NCBI GenBank assembly: GCA_965213715.1
Contig: OZ243914.1
Coordinates: 322,964 to 386,963, forward strand
Reading direction: 5' to 3'
From: Nitrospirales bacterium
GTDB lineage: Bacteria; Nitrospirota; Nitrospiria; Nitrospirales; UBA8639
DNA length: 64,000 nucleotides
Shown: piece after piece, positions 61,688 to 64,000 of the stretch
How positions within the stretch are numbered: position 1 is the stretch's first letter
Layout: each line of letters opens with the position of its first letter
Program-made: the position numbers and the translations under genes
The notes under the pieces: generated by a model
The model's database searches: none
What the model was told of the DNA's origin: nothing
What the model saw: only the letters and a program-made list of their open reading frames with translations

Positions 61688-62899
61688 ATGAATAGACTCA
61701 AACACAGCACGCTCACGATCGTTTTCTTCGCGATACTCTTGATCACATTGCCCGCATTCGCCGGTCCGAAACTCGAATTCGGCGATGACAAGTGGCTCAG
61801 TATCGGGGCCGGAGCACGGGTGCATTTTTTTACACAGGAGGATGGTACCGCCGATGGCGAGAATTGGAGCAAGCATTTCGGGTTGGAGAATATGCGGCTC
61901 TACGTCAACGGGCAATTCCACAAGTACCTGAAGATCGAATTCAACACGGACTGCACGAATTGTCTCGGCGACAACAGCAGCGGCACGATGATCGTCCTGG
62001 ACGCCATCGGCAAATTCGAGTTCAACCAGTACATCAACATCTGGGGCGGACGGCAGTTGGTCCCATCGGACCGCGCTGAACTCGACGGGCCGTATTTCCA
62101 AAATACCTTCGACTTCAATAAAACACCCTTTTACCCGTCGGACTTCGGTAATTTTGTGGCGGGCCGGTTCGGCCGTGACGACGGGTTAAATCTCTGGGGA
62201 GCCTTTTTGGAGGACAAGAGGCTGACGTACGTCGTGGGCGTATTTGATGGAGTCGATCATTCCGATAATCCAGGCCGCCCGAATACGGGGGACAACCTGC
62301 TTTGGGCCGGTCGTTTCAGCTACAACTTCTGGGACGTGGAAAAAAATCCAGGCTATTACACCAGCAGCACCTATTACGGCAAAGGAGGCGACATCCTGAC
62401 CCTGGCTTTCGCCATACAGCACCACGAAGACGGGGCCGGGACGAAAGCCAATCAATCGGATTTCACCGGCTACAGTACCGATCTCCTGATGGAAAAAGTC
62501 CTGCCGAACAAGGGCGTCCTGACCATTGAAGGAGAGTATAAAGTTTTTGAAACCGGTCTGAATGCGGCGGCTTTTGCTGAAGCGGCAGACAACAACGTTG
62601 GCTGCTTCTGCATCTTTGACGGAAATGCATGGACGGCAACGGGCTTGTATCTCTTCCCGGAAAAATTGGGGATCGGACAATTGCAGCCCTACGTCCGGTA
62701 TACGGCGAACGATCCCGACTTCAGCACCAGCCGGAGTGAAATCGAATTCGGAACGAATTACATCATCGACGGGCACAACGCCAAAATTTCACTGTTTTAC
62801 CAATATGGCGACATCGCCACAAAAGGAAGAAATTGGACGCCCGGCATCACCGGTGACGACGTGAGTGCCATCAAGCTGGCCCTGCAGTGGCAGATCTAG
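61688..62899 (+). CDS. outer-membrane porin (possibly short-chain amide/urea porin type)
   Basis: The signal peptide is MNRLKHSTLTIVFFAILLITLPAFA. The sequence is aromatic-rich with an alternating beta-strand pattern, ending LALQWQI. It lies directly upstream of urtA. The track ORF starts at 61580. Confidence 0.75.
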   Translation: MNRLKHSTLTIVFFAILLITLPAFAGPKLEFGDDKWLSIGAGARVHFFTQEDGTADGENWSKHFGLENMRLYVNGQFHKYLKIEFNTDCTNCLGDNSSGTMIVLDAIGKFEFNQYINIWGGRQLVPSDRAELDGPYFQNTFDFNKTPFYPSDFGNFVAGRFGRDDGLNLWGAFLEDKRLTYVVGVFDGVDHSDNPGRPNTGDNLLWAGRFSYNFWDVEKNPGYYTSSTYYGKGGDILTLAFAIQHHEDGAGTKANQSDFTGYSTDLLMEKVLPNKGVLTIEGEYKVFETGLNAAAFAEAADNNVGCFCIFDGNAWTATGLYLFPEKLGIGQLQPYVRYTANDPDFSTSRSEIEFGTNYIIDGHNAKISLFYQYGDIATKGRNWTPGITGDDVSAIKLALQWQI

Positions 62900-62966
62900 C
62901 GACCAACCGGCTGTTTGACAAGATGGCAAACCAACATTCCAGGATATGTTGAAGGAGACGCAAAAC

Positions 62967-64000
62967 ATGAATGCACCAAAAGACCTTATCCCTGAAACCA
63001 TGCACAACAAGGCGGAGAACCCGCTCAACCAGACACCCGGGAAAAGCCGGCGCCAATTTTTTGCGGACGCCGGAAAGACCGCGGCAGGATTCGGCGTCGC
63101 GGCGCTTCTGGGCAACCTGGGGAATTACGCGCTGTCCTATGCCGCAAGCCAAAAGCCCATTAAGATCGGCATCCTTCATTCGTTGAGCGGCACGATGGCC
63201 ATCAGCGAAGTGTCATTGCGAGACGTCGTGCTGATGGCGGTCGAGGAAATCAACGCCGCGGGTGGGGTCCTCGGCAGGATGATCGAACCCGTTGTGGTCG
63301 ATCCTGCGTCGAACTGGGATCTCTTTGCGGAAAAGGCCAAACAACTCCTCTTGGTCGACAAGGTCTCCGTCGTGTTCGGATGCTGGACGTCCGTAAGTCG
63401 CAAATCCGTGCTTCCCGTGTTTGAAAGCAACAACGGGCTACTCTTTTATCCCGTGCAATACGAAGGAGAAGAATGTTCGCGCAACGTGTTTTACACGGGA
63501 GCCGCAGTCAACCAACAGGCCGTTCCCGCGGTCGAGTATCTGATGAGTGAAGAGGGCGGCGGGTACAAGAAGTTCTATCTCTTGGGAACGGACTACGTGT
63601 ATCCCAGAACGACAAATAAAATCTTGCGGGCAATGTTGCTCGCCAAAGGCGTCCCCGCTTCCGGCATCGGCGAAGAATACACCCCGTTCCACCACCAGGA
63701 TTACCAAACCATTGTCAGCAAAATCCGGCAATTTTCCCGTCGCGGAGACGCGGCCGTGATCAGTACGATCAACGGTGACAGCAACGTGCCGTTTTACAAG
63801 GAATTCGCCAATCAGGGCCTCCGGTCCGAAGACGTGCCCATCATGGCGTTCAGTGTGGCCGAGGACGAACTCCGCAGCATGGATACGACCGCGTTAGTCG
63901 GGCATTTGACGGCCTGGAATTACTTTCAAAGCATCGATTCCGCCGGAAACAAAAAATTCGTGAGCGACTTTAAATCCTATTGCAAGAAAAACGGCCTGCC
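62967..64000 (+). CDS. urtA: urea ABC transporter substrate-binding protein UrtA (C-terminus beyond the window end)
   Basis: It is missing from the ORF track because it is open at the edge. Translation from the ATG at 62967 reads [10 protein letters not shown]...[19 protein letters not shown] (Tat signal), then [94 protein letters not shown]. Confidence 0.88.
   Translation, partial: MNAPKDLIPETMHNKAENPLNQTPGKSRRQFFADAGKTAAGFGVAALLGNLGNYALSYAASQKPIKIGILHSLSGTMAISEVSLRDVVLMAVEEINAAGGVLGRMIEPVVVDPASNWDLFAEKAKQLLLVDKVSVVFGCWTSVSRKSVLPVFESNNGLLFYPVQYEGEECSRNVFYTGAAVNQQAVPAVEYLMSEEGGGYKKFYLLGTDYVYPRTTNKILRAMLLAKGVPASGIGEEYTPFHHQDYQTIVSKIRQFSRRGDAAVISTINGDSNVPFYKEFANQGLRSEDVPIMAFSVAEDELRSMDTTALVGHLTAWNYFQSIDSAGNKKFVSDFKSYCKKNGL

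Overview
This is a 64-kb chromosomal window from a moderately GC-rich bacterium. NirK, an NNP-type MFS transporter, a porin plus the urea ABC transporter gene urtA, and rpoH-groESL are compatible with a Nitrospira-like nitrifier, but that is inference only. Most of the window is core metabolism. It holds a minus-strand pyrimidine cluster (pyrR-pyrB-pyrC-DUF4149-carA-sppA-M48 peptidase-carB, with carB running off the window start), proA, tRNA-Phe, purQ-purS-purB, nusB-ribH-ribBA, rpoH, groES-groEL, queG, mutS2, ligA, ampG, nirK, def, a complete trpEGDCFBA operon, an NFACT/RqcH-like gene, a nitroreductase, and porin-urtA (urtA runs off the window end). Two accessory patches stand out. (1) A roughly 5.9-kb AT-richer islet lies directly 3' of tRNA-Phe (14.7-20.6 kb). 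It is packed with intact and decayed type II toxin-antitoxin (TA) modules, an IS3 remnant and orphan genes. (2) A cassette region lies immediately 3' of groEL (30.2-32.5 kb). There a vapBC module is bracketed by a mosaic ~230-bp duplication of the groEL 3' end plus terminator, and a frameshifted higBA-like module is bracketed by 39-bp hairpin repeats whose stems show compensatory changes. Other items worth a second look are listed here.
- A MoxR-like AAA+ ATPase plus a 629-aa TraB/DUF5682-like protein sits upstream of an apparently frameshifted ligA.
- There is a eukaryote-like protein arginine methyltransferase homologue.
- A promoter-hairpin-terminator unit (candidate sRNA or leader) lies upstream of porin-urtA.
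- A PyrR-type attenuator overlaps the annotated pyrR N-terminus.
- A sigma-32-type promoter lies in front of groES, directly downstream of rpoH.
- There is a lipidated subtilisin autotransporter.
- A second REP-like repeat family has five copies.
I saw no CRISPR array, rRNA, intact transposase or integrase. All domain names come from motif recognition by eye and need HMM or BLAST confirmation.
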